Assembly: GCA_020137815.1 (NCBI GenBank) | Contig: CM035359.1 | Span: forward strand, 1,860,001 to 1,924,000 | DNA: 64,000 nt | Source: Hormiphora californensis | Taxonomy: Eukaryota; Animalia; Ctenophora | Reading direction: 5' to 3' | Shown: piece after piece, positions 29,856 through 58,301 of the stretch | How the letters are laid out: every line of letters begins with the position of its first letter | How positions within the stretch are numbered: the stretch's first letter is position 1 | Translations under genes and position numbers: made by a program | Notes under the pieces: model-generated | Database searches by the model: none | The model's input: only the letters and a program-made list of their open reading frames with translations | Told to the model about the DNA's origin: nothing

Positions 29856-30782
29856 AGACACTTTTAGATAATTCAACCCTTGTCCTAATTTCCAGTTGGC
29901 CAGTTATGGTAGTGTCACTGTGTTTTGTTAGCGCTGGCTTGGAAACTGTGACGCTGCGTACTGCGTGAAACACTGTGTAATGAATAGAAGACGTGCATTG
30001 TGTGTGGGATCTTTTAGATAATGTGCATGGTATTGGCAATCGGACTGAAATGTTAATTTTTATATTTTTTGTGTGACGTAAAAGAAAATGTTAATAATAA
30101 GTGTACAATGAGAACTTTATATATTTATACCGTACTTGTCAGGGATTAGACCGTGAGATTAAATATCAAAAAAAACTTTTTTATTTAAAAACCTGCCCTA
30201 GACTGATGATGATGATCATAGCCGGATTGGGAGTATCATGATTGTGAGAAAACAACACGAACGACGAACGTCTTTTATCAAACGTTTTTAGCCAGTGGGA
30301 CATTGCATTGTTGAGTACTCAACAAGTGGGACATGTAATTGAAATATAAATGTGTACGGCAATGAAGTTTTAATTGTAGAAAACCGTTTGTGATCGATTA
30401 TCGAACTTTGTCACTTTGACTTGTACACAATGCAATGAATGAAAAGACAAAGCTAAGTATTGCAATACGAACAAAACTTACAGTCTTTTGATTGATGTAA
30501 CTAATTGAGTTGAGTAAGATCAAGACACTATTACAGTATAGTTACACTGTTCCTATCGGCTATCATCCCGAAATAACAATGATGGAGTCTGTTCTTACAT
30601 TGGGATTTGTATAATGTTGAGTCTATCCAACCTTGGCTTCCCTGATTAAATTGACGTATGGCGCGAGATTTTGGTATCCACTCTGCAGTTATGGATTGCG
30701 CGTGCAGTGTGAGCGCGCGTTACGCTCCAGTTGCAGTTACAAAATTGAAACTTGACATCATCAGTTTCTCGGCCAGCGTTAT

Positions 30783-30934
30783 ATGAGGCCCCTCGGAAAT
30801 GTTCAAGTCGTGCACAATCAAGTCACGCCCACCAATCACAGCTCAGAACGCGCGAAGCACCCCGCGCGTTCTGAGCTGTGATTGGTGGGCGTGACTTGAT
30901 TGTGCATGACTTGAACATTTCCGAGGGGCCTCAT
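30783..30934. mobile_element. Fully palindromic ~150-bp MITE (ATGAGGCCCCTCGGAAATG...)
   Basis: Near-perfect hairpin; second copy at 57995-58146. Confidence 0.85.
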
Positions 30935-30946
30935 AGGCGTTATATA

Positions 30947-33232
30947 GGGATCCCTAAAAAAGTTCAGTATTTACACAGCGTTTACACAGTCTTCACACAG
31001 TCGTTACACCCAGAGCGCCCGCGCCGCTCTGGGTGTAAAGACTACGGTGGCAGATTCCGGCCAAGAGTTTTTTCAATCAAGTGAAATATTTTTGTTTGAA
31101 GGCGATAACCCTATGATAAAACGATTAGAAGAGACGGTGGATAACTTTGTTTCTGAAGTTTACCTGTTGAATTCGGACAACACGACGAGCATCACACCAG
31201 ATGAGTTTACTCAATGTTATAGATCGATTCAAGCTGCACCCGATTCAATGTTAACCAACGACAGCTTAGCTTCGCCTAGCAAGCACTGGGGTTCGTACTT
31301 TAGACATTGTCTCAAGGACCGAACTACGAGTGAAATAATCGAGGCTACTTCGCGTATTTTTCTCTCCAGTATGAAACTTGCCCGAGCAACAATGAACAAT
31401 TTTGAAACGGTTATCAGTGTGGAAAACCTCGAGAAACAGCTGCGTGAATGTAAAGAAGAACTTGACCGCCATCGGGTTAACGTAATCGAGCTTCAGCAAA
31501 CGGTTATCAACCACCAGAAGCAACAACTCAGTACAGTGACAGCATCGGTGCAGAAGGTGAAAGCCTACTCTACTGTGCTAGCACAGAATTGTGCTGCAAC
31601 CTCCCCCAAAGTGGGAAAACCACTACCAGTGAATCATCCTACTCCCGTCCAACAGCCCGGAAGAGAGAAGAACATGGTTGTGTTTGGTCTCCCAGAAACA
31701 ACCGATAGAGTAGCTAAAACTACTTTAGACGAACTTTTTGAGGAATTAAATGAGAAACCGAAAGTGACTACGATGAAACGCATCGGCGAAAGAAATGAGA
31801 AGCGCCCTAGACCGCTCTTAGTATCCCTGGAGAAGAGAGCGACTCTCCTCGCACTCCTCAGAAAGGCACGAAACCTCAAAGACTCCAAACAGTTTTCGGC
31901 TGTTTATCTCTCTCCGGATCTTACGCCCTCTGAACTGAAAGAGCAAAAAGCTCTAAGGTCCACTTTGAAGCGGATACGATCAGAAGATCCTGACGGCTGC
32001 TACTTCATCCGTAATAATCTTATCCAAGTGGGATAGTTCCTCACTAACTCACCGTTATCAGAGAACCGTGCTAGGAGCAGGCAGTCTACTGCAGTCCCTT
32101 TCAAATTAAGGAAAACGAGTTGTCTGTATACAAACTGTGTCAGTGCGGGATATAAACTGTCATTTTTATTTATTATTTATTATTTATTTCAAAATAAAAA
32201 TAAACATGTCGTTAAAATTATTGGCCGGAATCTGCCACACACGTGGCAGATTCCGGCCAACAAACTGAAACTTACTTATATCAAGGCGAAAACCGCTATA
32301 CCCGACTAATTTTGATACGCTGAATCACGTAAGCAACTTTTCCAATCCCTCAGAGGTCGGGAAAGTGTCCTAATTGAGCATAATAGGGTCTAATTGACCC
32401 CACTTACAACTTTTCACCTGGAAACGATAGACGCTTATGTGAAGGTACTTTTCCGACTAATTTTGATACGCTAAATCCCGTAAGCTATTTTTCAAAGCCC
32501 GACGAGGTCGGGAAAGTGCCCTAATTGAGCAATTAAGGCCAATTAGACCCAATTATACTCAATTAAGGCAAATTCCCGAACTCGGAGAGCTTGGAAAAGT
32601 TGCTTACGTGATTCAGCGTATCAAAATTAGTCGGAAAAGTACCTTCACATAAGCGTTTATCGTTTCCAGGTGAAAAGTTGTAAGTGGGGTCAATTAGACC
32701 CTATTATGCTCAATTAGGACACTTTCCCGACCTCTGAGGGATTGAAAAAGTTGCTTACGTGATTCAGCGTATCAAAATTAGTCGGGTACAACGGTTTTCG
32801 CCTTGATCTAAGTAAGTTTCAGTTTGTTGGCCGGAATCTGCCACGTGTGTGGCAGATTCTGGCCAAGGTTTTTTTAGAATCTTGGCCGAGATCTGCCACT
32901 CGCGTGGCAGATTCCGGCCAATAATTTTAACGACATGTTTTTTTTTTTTTGAAATAAAATTTTTATAAAACTTCAAACAAAAATATTTCACTTGATTGAA
33001 AAAAACTCTTGGCCGGAATCTGCCACCGTAAAAGACTGCGTCTTTCGCACTCGATTTGCAGCGTTTTCGGAAACTTTTTTCGCCGCAGCGCTCAATTTAC
33101 TCAATTGTGCAGCACACAATCCAATATTTTCTTAGAAAAAGCCGCAAAACGCAGCACGCGCCGCTCTGGGTGTAACGACTGTGTAAAGACTGTGTAAACG
33201 CTGTGTAAATACTGAACTTTTTTAGGGATCCC
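30947..33232. mobile_element. Foldback DNA element (GGGATCCCTAAAAAAGTTCAG termini, TATA flanks) interrupted by a retro-insert
   Basis: Terminal ~75-bp inverted repeats, internal GTGGCAGATTCCGGCCAA repeats, and long arm symmetry between 32185-32540 and 32590-32960. Confidence 0.8.
31102..32183 (+). mobile_element. Second ORF1-only LINE-like retroelement (ORF ~31113-32036), probably 5'-truncated, with (TTA/TTTA)n tail
   Basis: REKNMVVFGLPE...RIGERNEKRPRPLLV...VYLSPDLTPSELKEQKALR. It interrupts the foldback left arm where comparison with the right arm predicts continuity. ~130-nt 3' UTR and AT tail; no ORF2. Confidence 0.8.
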
Positions 33233-33458
33233 TATAGTCTGATTTTAAATAACTGTCGTTTTTTTAGAGTTTTCAAATTTCTTTAAATGACCATAAGTCC
33301 GGTTCCTGATGAGATAGAGACTTGAAATTTGGAGGTTACGAAGATCTTGCTAAGTTCTTCCGAACCTCCAAATTTCAAGCCTCTATCTTACCAGGAACCG
33401 GAGATATGACAAATTTTGTTATTTCAGGGGGGCGACAGTTTCAAAAAATCCGACTTTA

Positions 33459-33677
33459 AAATCTGGGTGTTTCGTGAGTGCTGACAACAGGGACGGCGCT
33501 CGAGGGCGTCCGGGTGTCCGCGGACACCCAGACAGAAAAGACGGAGAGACCAGATAAACTTTGAATTAGCCAAAACGGTTGAGTGGTTTGGCGGTTAGAG
33601 CCATTTTAGTGAATCAAATTTTTTGGCAGCGTGCACCTGTAAACAGGCCATCAAACACCCATATCGTAACGGCGCCC
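33459..33677. repeat. Interspersed repeat, ~215 bp; inverted paralogue at 61681-61900
   Basis: CCAGATAAACTTTGAATTAGCCAAAACGGTTGAGTGG...GTAACGGCGCCC matches the reverse complement of 61681-61808. Confidence 0.75.
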
Positions 33678-34572
33678 CAATTTCACCCAGATCCACATTG
33701 TGTACACTCACCTTTTAATGACGCATACGCCACAGTACTATAGGGCACATTTGACGGTTATCCGGGAGGGGGACTCAAGACCTAACAGAACTCATGTTGT
33801 TCTTTAAAATATGGAAACAATGAAAAGCGGACAATAAATGTACTTGAATTTTGTATTTGACTGCATCGCAGGACATGCTGTTACCCCCTCTCATAAGCCC
33901 TCTGTCTCTGGTTCCTGTCGGGAAGAGTCTGTCGGGATGCCGGATGAGTCTGATACACATTGGGTCAAGATATACGTATAATTTCAATCACTTTACAATT
34001 ACACAATGTTTGTAAGGAAGCCCGGCTGGTTACCATAGAAACATGACTGTCCTCTCTGCAATTTGAAGCCCGGCTGGTTACCACAGAAACTGTCCTCTCT
34101 GCAATTTGAACCACCTCATCCTGGACGGTACCAGTGATCACTAGGGAACCATGTGGGTCATTTGCAGTATATGTTCATATTTATATGCTATCCAAAAGTC
34201 CCAAAATTTAATATATGATTAGATGACTGGTTAAAATGGTCTATTACTTTTTAGTGCACGAGGCCGAAGGCCGAGTGTTCTAAATACAACAATAATGAAC
34301 CGAGACCGATAGGTCGAGGTAGATCCTTTTACTTAGCTGCCGAGCCTGCGAGGCACGCTAAGTGTAACTACCGAGCGAGCCTGCGAGCTCTGTAGTTGTA
34401 CTTTTGGGCCGAGCCTGCGAGGCCTAAAAGTGAAAGAATCTTTAACATTATTGTTGTGTAATAGAGCATGTAAAAGCAGTCATCTAATTTTATTAGATGA
34501 TTTTGGAAACAAACTGAGTGAAAGAGATAAAGATTGAGTGAGAGAGAGAGAGAGAGAGAAAGAGAAAGAGAA

Positions 34573-34627
<55 letters not shown>

Positions 34628-34801
34628 TGTGCAGTAGTCACTACTGCATAGTGCACACGCCCTAACCCTTATCTTTTCATCCCCTCTGCAACTATAGGTC
34701 ACGTGATCGTCACGTGATGGCACCACGCCAATGAGCGTCCTGCATCTGCTTTCCCTCTCTGCCTTTGATTCTCTCTTTTCCTATCTCTCTCTCACACACA
34801 C

Positions 34802-34906
<105 letters not shown>

Positions 34907-35171
34907 TAATCTTTATCTCGTTCACTCAGTTTGTAATGTTTGTAATGCTCACACTGTGTGCGTGTGACTAGAAAGTGTCTAATTTTTCACATACCACTGC
35001 AACGGTATTTTACTTTATAATTACTAGTGTTTTTGCAGTGGTCTAAGTTTTCACAGTACACTGTAACCGGTGGTCACGGTGTACTGTGAAAACTTAGATA
35101 ACCGGTTAAAATTGTCTAATAAAGAATGGAGGACAAACGTTTTTTGGTAACAGAGTTAAAATATGCATATA

Positions 35172-36037
35172 CAGTCGGACCCCGATTTAGTGGCCCCCGA
35201 TTTAGTGGCACCCCGATTTAGTGGCAGGATTTTTTTCCCCCAAAAATTTTTTGAATTTTTTTGTGAAATTTTTTTGAAATTTTTTTGAAAAAGAAACACC
35301 AGCCACGTCCGAATCGTTTTTCGAATCAGTGAATCTTATCGCATGTCCTGCTGCTAATTAGACGGTTCGGAACGAACCGATACGTGATCCCCATGCAATG
35401 GGGCCATTAAATCACAAGTTTACCAAGCGTCAAAATTTCGATTCGATGGGGATCACGTTTCGATTCGTCCCGAACCGTCTAATTAGTAGCAGGACATGCG
35501 ATAAGATGCACCGATTCGAAACAGGATTCGGACGTGGCTGGTATACCTTTAAAAATTTAAAAACTTTTTTTTGCAAAATTTTACAGTAAGATTGCCAATG
35601 CTTTGATCGGTGCTCCCCATAAATTTTGAGAGAAAAAGTTATTTTGAAATTTTGATATTTCCTCACCCGCTTAGGGTGCCCCAATTCGGCATGGTATCAC
35701 GTATCGGTTCGTTTCGAACCCGCTAATTAGACAGGATATCCAGTAAGCTGCACCGATTCGAAACACAAATCGGACAGGCCGCTATGACTTAGAAAATTTT
35801 TCACAATTTTTTTGAAAAAATTATTTTATAGTTTTCTATTTCTAATAAGAAATGATCATGTCAACAATACATGAACATTGCATATAACAGTTAGAGGTGT
35901 CTTTAGTTTTAGGATAGCATTTTGAGGATAAAATAGGTTTTTATGGGCCAAATATGGCTCACCTCGATTTAGTGGCACCCCGATTTAGTGGCAGGATTTT
36001 TTCCCCCCGAGGATGCCACTAAATCGGGGTCCGACTG
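35172..36037. mobile_element. Long (~865 bp) non-autonomous Tc1/mariner-like element, TA TSD
   Basis: TA-CAGTCGGACCCCGATTTAGTGG...CCACTAAATCGGGGTCCGACTG-TA; close paralogue at 55775-56633. Confidence 0.85.
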
Positions 36038-36189
36038 TATATGAGAATATAAAAATAATTGGAGTTCAACGCACAGTTTCAATTAAAGAGAAACAACGAT
36101 TTTGCAGTACTAATATTCAATTAAGAACATTTTCAAATCAATTCCTCGGGTTCTATATTTCATTCTCTGGGTCTTAATTTTGGTTACAT

Positions 36190-39100
36190 CTAGTTTGAAG
36201 TTTCTGCAATTTCTGCCGGACTTTCAATTTCCTCTTGAACTTCCCCTGAGTTAGAGATCTCAGGTCTTTCCTGTTGTACTTGTTCTCTATTGGAAGGTGC
36301 CCTCAATGGTTGAAGCATTTTCAATAATTTCCCTGCATTTGCCGCGATTATGTTGCTGTACAACAAAGGATTCAGCACAGAGTTGAGGGGGAGGATATTA
36401 AGGGAGAAGATCTGGTACCACGGTGACATATCCACAACCTCGGCCGTGTGGAGGGCACAACAAATCAGGAAGGGCATCCAGCAGCAGAAATCGGTTAGAC
36501 AGATCAATGTAACTTTACGGCCAAGTGATGATGATGAATTTGTGTTCTGGACCCTATTCTTTTTGGAGATGATCGCTATCAGCATATGGCATATGGCTAC
36601 AGCTACAAAGCAGAGTAAATGGAAGCTTAGGTAAAGCCACACGTAGCCTGCCTGTGGGTCATCAGGGAGGACAAAAGCCTTGAACATGCACACTGGATCA
36701 TTCCCATAGAACGAGAGTTTTGTGCCACTGGTTGATCCGTTGTAATCGTGAGAAAACATCTCAGAAACCATATTTTGAAGTACATTCCAAGAGACGGAAG
36801 TACCGGCTGATTCGCTAGACTCGTGATTCCCATGATATACACGAACAATATTCAAAAGTCGCTTTTTGCCCATAGCTCCGAGGAACAATGGAATATCCTG
36901 ATATATCAACCCATTGACAAACCAGTCATCCAAACCATCGATGAGAGGTAGGACAGCCACACCAACGGCAAAAACTACAACACCACCAAGGATCAACGTT
37001 AGCTTTATTTTCAGTTTCATAGTAACTTCCTCAGACCCCCGGTATCGTAGTGCTTGCAAGGTACCTTGGAGTCTAAAACAGCTGACTAAAGCCATTACAA
37101 GGGAGGAAATAGTACCTCCAGTGGTATTGAGAACACCAATCATTTCACATGTTCGTCCACCCATCCACTCAAACTGCCTTTCACAAAACTCCGAACCTAT
37201 ATGGCAGTGTATGTAGGTAAGAGTCAGGAGGTAGATTGATATCAGGAGATCTCCGCAAGATATGGCGAGAACCATGACATTGTTCACGTATTTTCCACTC
37301 TTTTTTGAGTAACATATCTCCCAAAAAGCCTCATATGCACTGGCTAAACTGAGTAATGCACCTACTACCCCCATGATGGTCGATATGACCAATATACCAT
37401 CGATCATGACGACTTTCCTTCTACATTGATCGTTACATTCGTCGGATAGGTCGGCACAGTCAATCTTACCATCGCATTGCTGATTCACGGTCAGGATACC
37501 AGAACCGTTTGAACATTGGAAGTTGTTAATACATTCCTCTTCATCCGACCTGTCTCCACAATCATCAACCAGATCACATACTTTCTCGAACAGGATGCAA
37601 TTAGTGTTTTTACAAACGAAAAAGTTGTTATGGTATCTATCCTGAGACTTTTTCGCCACCGTAAGGGAATTCAACTCAAGGTTAAGAGAAAATATCGTGT
37701 CTCTCAAGTTGGGGCATGCACTTTGGTGAACCGGCCTTTTCAGGGGACACTCTGTGTTAAAACATAGGCCCGAACAACTGTGGTAGACATATTCTTCTCC
37801 GTATAGATACCTGCAATCTTGTTTCTCGCTGAGAAGTACTAATTCGGTAGTAAAGTTCTTCCCGAAAAACATATGAAATGGGTGGCTGAATATTGTAGAG
37901 TAACATGTTTGCCCTTTAAGGCGAAGGAGGTTCTCTAGTCCATTCGAGCACACGACGCTTTTCAAAGTCTGTCCATTAAATTTTTTGCTCAGAATCAACT
38001 TTGAAGAGACCACGGCTTTTCCAACATTACATACACCTTCATCGCATTTGTTGGGAAAAGAGCAAAGAAACCCTAACTCCAAAAATCGTGCCCTATCTTC
38101 CTTACAAAGAAACACATCTGAGCATTTATGGGTCAGGTATTTAACCCTTTTTCTTGGACCTTCACCACATGTTTCCCACTTTTTCCCTTCATCTTGCCCA
38201 TCTAAACAATCCACCACCCCATCTTGGATCCATTCTACGGGTATCGGGAGGAGCCCTTCGTTCTGACTAAAACTACGAACACACGTTTGTTTGGTCAGTT
38301 TGGAACACAGCTCCCTTTTCTCGTCTGCCCCCTCAGCACAGTCCACTCGACTGTTGCAAAGCAAGTGTTTCTGGATGGTACATTGCCGGTTGATCGTTGG
38401 ACACTTTGTCTCTATTCGATCATCACACACGAACGCAGTCTTGTGTCTTGGGCATAGCACGTATATTGATACTGTCGTGAGATAGCCGTTCACCAAACAT
38501 GACCCTGCGACTTTGGCGGGGTCAGTGCAGTTCGTTTGGTCTAAACTGAAACTGCAGTAACTAGGCGAACTGGGCAAAATGTAACCTGTTATGTGCTCGG
38601 CGGAGGGCAGGGGGATAAAGCAGCGAGACCCGTTGTTCAAGGGAAACAGATAAATATGAAAGATGTCAAAGTAGTTACACGTGGCGTTAGCCGCAGTTAG
38701 GGGAACCCTATTGAATGGCTCAAAGAAGTATTCCCCTTCGGTTTGAACGACACCGCCGTAACTATATCCGTTGCAGTCTCGTTCGTCCACACACAACAAA
38801 AAGTCTGCTTTCGATCGTCCCTCTTGACCGGGTCGTTGTATTTTAATATCATCACATATTCCGTCACACAATGCTCCGTCCTTCATCCAAACATCCACTT
38901 CGCCCCCATCAACAGTACTAATTGTATACCGAACTTGTACCCGTGCACTCGGGCACTCTTGGAGTGAATCGTGGAGCCGGTATAAATGCACCTCAGAGTC
39001 GAAACACAAAACCCCACAAGCAGGTGGTGTGCGGAATAGCTTTCTGGCACGGGCTGGGTTGTAACCAGATGCCCCGCAAGCCTGGTACTGGGCAGGGTCA

Positions 39101-41060
39101 TTAGGACACAACCTGTTCACAAAGGTCTCCTGAGTACGTGCAAGTAGGTGACATTCCTGCGTTATGTCATATGATACTGTTGGCGAGCCAATGCAAGACA
39201 TTCTCGTAGGGCCAAGAGCAGCGACATTACCAGACTTGTCCACCTTGGCCGGGAGGTTGTTGTTGGTACATTTCCGGACCAGAAACACCTTGTTGATGCT
39301 GGATATCGAACACTGATCATCCCCAGCCGTGGTGGGAGTGGTGTCACCGTCATCATCCCCAGCCGTGGGAGTGGTGTCACCGTCATCATCCCCAGCCGTG
39401 GGAGTGGTGTCACCGTCATCATCCCCAGCCGTGGTGGGAGTGGTGTCACCGTCATCATCCCCAGCCGTGGTGGGAGTGGTGTCACCGTCATCATCCCCAG
39501 CCGTGGTGGGAGTGGTGTCACCGTCATCATCCCCAGCCGTGGTGGGAGTGGTGTCACCGTCATCATCCCCAGCCGTGGTGGGAGTGGTGTCACCGTCATC
39601 ATCCCCAGCCGTGGTGGGAGTGGTGTCACCGTCATCATCCCCAGCCGTGGTGGGAGTGGTGTCACCGTCATCATCCCCAGCCGTGGTGGGAGTGGTGTCA
39701 CCGTCATCATCCCCAGCCGTGGTGGGAGTGGTGTCACCGTCATCATCCCCAGCCGTGGTGGGAGTGGTGTCACCGTCATCATCCCCAGCCGTGGTGGGAG
39801 TGGTGTCACCGTCATCATCCCCAGCCGTGGTGGGAGTGGTGTCACCGTCATCATCCCCAGCCATGGTGGGAGTGGTGTCACCGTCATCATCCCCAGCCGT
39901 GGTGGAGTGGTGTCACCGTCATCATCCCCAGCCGTGGTGGGAGTGGTGTCACCGTCATCATCCCCAGCCGTGGTGGGAGTGGTGTCACCGTCATCATCCC
40001 CAGCCGTGGTGGGAGTGGTGTCACCGTCATCATCCCCAGCCGTGGTGGGAGTGGTGTCACCGTCATCATCCCCAGCCGTGGAGGGTGTCACGTCATCATC
40101 CCCAGCCGTGGGAGTGGTGTCACCGTCATCATCCCCAGCCGTGGTGGGAGTGGTGTCACCGTCATCATCCCCAGTCGTGGGAGTGGTGTCACCGTCATCA
40201 TCCCCAGTCGTGGTGGGAGTGGTGTCACCGTCATCATCCCCAGCCGTGGTGGGAGTGGTGTCACCGTCATCATCCCCAGCCGTGGGAGTGGTGTCACCGT
40301 CATCATCCCCAGCCGTGGTGGGAGTGGTGTCACCGTCATCATCCCCAGCCGTGGTGGGAGTGGTGTCACCGTCATCATCCCCAGCCGTGGTGGGAGTGGT
40401 GTCACCGTCATCATCCCCAGTCGTGGTGGGAGTGGTGTCACCGTCATCATCCCCAGCCATGGTGGGAGTGGTGTCACCGTCATCATCCCCAGCCGTGGGA
40501 GTGGTGTCACCGTCATCATCCCCAGCCGTGGTGGGAGTGGTGTCACCGTCATCATCCCCAGCCGTGGTGGGAGTGGTGTCACCGTCATCATCCCCAGCCG
40601 TGGTGGGAGTGGTGTCACCGTCATCATCCCCAGCCGTGGGAGTGGTGTCACCGTCATCATCCCCAGCCATGGTGGGAGTGGTGTCACCGTCATCATCCCC
40701 AGCCGTGGTGGGAGTGGTGTCACCGTCATCATCCCCAGCCGTGGGAGTGGTGTCACCGTCATCATCCCCAGCCGTGGTGGGAGTGGTGTCACCGTCATCA
40801 TCCCCAGCCATGGTGGGAGTGGTGTCACCGTCATCATCCCCAGCCGTGGTGGGAGTGGTGTCACCGTCATCATCCCCAGCCGTGGTGGGAGTGGTGTCAC
40901 CGTCATCATCCCCAGCCGTGGGAGTGGTGTCACCGTCATCATCCCCAGCCGTGGTGGGAGTGGTGTCACCGTCATCATCCCCAGCCGTGGTGGGAGTGGT
41001 GTTGGAAGGTGTTGTTTCGCAGTCCACAAGGGTGACAAGACAAAGTAGCAGTAAAACCAT
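36190..41060 (-). CDS. Intronless LDLa-repeat GPCR (GRL101/LGR-like 7TM, no LRRs) with a long TTPTTAGDDDGD repeat N-terminus; ~1620 aa after correcting one frameshift at ~39904
   Basis: Signal peptide MVLLLLCLVTLVDC at 41060. LDLa motifs CDLVDDCGDRSDEEEC and CDGKIDCADLSDEC. 7TM motifs include FYGNDPVCMFK, TDFCCWMPF and PLNSVLNPLLY. One repeat unit lacks a G (GGTGGAGTGG), which splits the ORF. Confidence 0.88.
39317..41000. repeat. 36/33-bp coding minisatellite, ~47-48 copies
   Basis: CCAGCCGTGGTGGGAGTGGTGTCACCGTCATCATCC units. Confidence 0.95.
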
Positions 41061-41126
41061 GATTTCAATTGATCTAAGACTTTATTTGTAGCATGTAGAA
41101 GAATTACTTTTAGGGTCAGCACACAC

Positions 41127-41405
41127 CTATAGTCGAATTTTTTAATCAAGGGACATGGGGCCGCACATTCAGAGAGGTCGCGCGGCGTTGTATTTGCGTG
41201 TGATAATCGAGATCAAGTTCCTGGCAATCTTAAAACTTTAACCCGACAGCGTTGGAAAGATAATTGTAAGACCTTTTCAACGCAACCAAGATCAAGTCTT
41301 TATCTTATCAGGAACAAGAGATATGAGCGAAAACGTTTAGCACGCGCAAAAAGACTTTTGTAAATGCGCGGCCCCCTGTCCCTTGATTAAAAAATTAGAC
41401 TATAG
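41127..41405. mobile_element. MITE with ~40-bp TIRs, ~70 bp upstream of the GPCR start
   Basis: CTATAGTCGAATTTTTTAATCAAGGGACA...TGTCCCTTGATTAAAAAATTAGACTATAG. Confidence 0.7.
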
Positions 41406-41437
41406 TGGAAGCTCTTACGGTATTTCCCGAACCGTGG

Positions 41438-41509
41438 GAAAAGAGAGATACATACAATAACTTTAAAAAATAATTATTTTTTAAAGTTATTGTATGTATC
41501 TCTCTTTTC
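41438..41509. repeat. Perfect AT-rich hairpin
   Basis: GAAAAGAGAGATACATACAATAACTTTAAAAAATAA/TTATTTTTTAAAGTTATTGTATGTATCTCTCTTTTC. Confidence 0.85.
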
Positions 41510-42474
41510 TCACACGTCTTTTGATACAAAGTACTCGAGTACTTGTGGTTAACATACCCAGGTTCTTTTTTTGTAAGTTGGTCCCTAAGGGAGAGAATTT
41601 TTAACAGTGTGTCTGGGTTTAAAATTAAAAAGGGATATATTCTGACAATTCGTCACATTGACCTGCATGGGGGAAACTCTAGCTGGATGGACACTATCAA
41701 TAATGATTAATTAAGGCTCATAATTGCCAAAACTCTATTTCATGATGAAGCCCATCACTCAGAATGTGTGACCATGGCCATGTGTGTCGGTCATCGCACG
41801 CTATGTAAAAGCATGTTTCACGAGCGGAATAGGGCAAATTCTGGCGCGTTCTGAGTGATCATCATAAAGAAGAGTTTTGGCAATTATGAGCCTTCATTGT
41901 TGCACGTCCATCCAGCTAGAGTTCCCCCTTGTCGTAAACAGAACTCACAGAAAAAAAGGAGAAAGCAAATGACAACTTTATAAAAGTATTAAACGTAGGT
42001 ATTATATATGCCATCGTCCTGTCCGTAGTCATATTTGAACTTTAAAGAGCAGCTTTTCGCACTTTTGTTGTTTGACGAAGAGCTTCTTTGTTTTTCATTT
42101 CCGAAATATGTTGATCTGGTGCTCGAGCCGGCTCATAAAGGGGTGTTACCTTCTAAAACAAAGAGCCCCCGCTTGAACGTTGTGATGGATGCACTCTGGG
42201 CAAAACACGAATACCATGCGGCTATTTGACGGGGTGGGGCACGTGGAGAATATTTGGATAAGTAGTGGAGGCTTCATCCTGGATGCAATGAAAAAGTTTT
42301 GAAATTCTCTTTCCAAACCTCTTTTTATCAAGTTTCACATTTATCAGGAACCGGATGTATCATGAGAAACGTAAAATGGGCGGGAGGAGGGGGTGGGTGA
42401 ACAGTTGAAATTTGAAAATAGTCCATTATATTTGATTTCGGGCATTCACAGCTGTTGTACTATCCTTTATAGTA

Positions 42475-57526
<15,052 letters not shown>

Positions 57527-57994
57527 TGAGCGACTTAACTACCGACTATTCGCACCGGAAATCACTGCCCCTGTGACGCTTTTGACTTTTGTATCATCTA
57601 GATCTGTTGTTTATGTGATTTATTCGTAATCGTATATTACAGTCTGTTATGTCGTTGACTTTGAGCTCGAATCTCGATTAGATTTACTTAGAGTTAGTCG
57701 ATTTTGAGGCTGAGATTGAGAAATTATAAATTTGTTTGAGTTAAACCACAAAATTGAATTGTTATCCTTTTAATTTTAGTTCATGTTACGTAATAATTAA
57801 TTCATTTCTTGCCAAGGATTAAATTATATCCATTTTCAAGCAAAAATGGTACGCGCAAATATAAAGCCGCGCATTATATTCAATTTATGTGCGCGTGAAC
57901 GAAAATTTGAGTTCAAAATAAATAAACAGAACGAGCTGAGTGCACTGCAGCATCCCGGGCCAGCAGCGTTTGCCAAACTGCAGCAGTGCTTGGA

Positions 57995-58146
57995 ATGAGG
58001 CCCCTCGGAAATGTTCAAGTCATGCACAATCAAGTCACGCCCACCAATCACAGCTCAGAACGCGCAGAGTGCTTCGCGCGTTCTGCGCTGTGATTGGTGG
58101 GCGTGACTTGATTGTGCATGACTTGAACATTTCCGAGGGGCCTCAT
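57995..58146. mobile_element. Palindromic ~150-bp MITE copy
   Basis: Paralogue of 30783-30934. Confidence 0.85.
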
Positions 58147-58301
58147 TCGCTGCAGGCGTATGCCAACAGCAGTGCAGGCCAGCGTTTTGGTAAAGTCGGA
58201 TTTTTTGAAGTTGTCACCCCAAAATGACCACGCATGTGAAATTTATCAATTTTGACGCGCACGCCACACGTTAACATGAAGATGATGAAGATGAAGAAGA
58301 T

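Noticed and set aside
31047-31112. N-terminus MADSGQEFFQ of the 329-aa ORF read as a transposase of the foldback element
   Set aside because: This segment comes from the host TIR arm. The protein has no DDE motif and is ORF1p-like.
39329-41149. Long alternative-frame ORFs (VVGVVSPSSSPA, WWEWCHRHHPQP, RLGMMTVTPLPP)
   Set aside because: These are other frames of the GPCR coding minisatellite; only the TTAGDDDGD frame links the signal peptide to the LDLa region.
58252-58301. N-terminus MTRTPHVNMKMMKMKK of the RT ORF
   Set aside because: Read-through from the flanking TIR element; the LINE is 5'-truncated.
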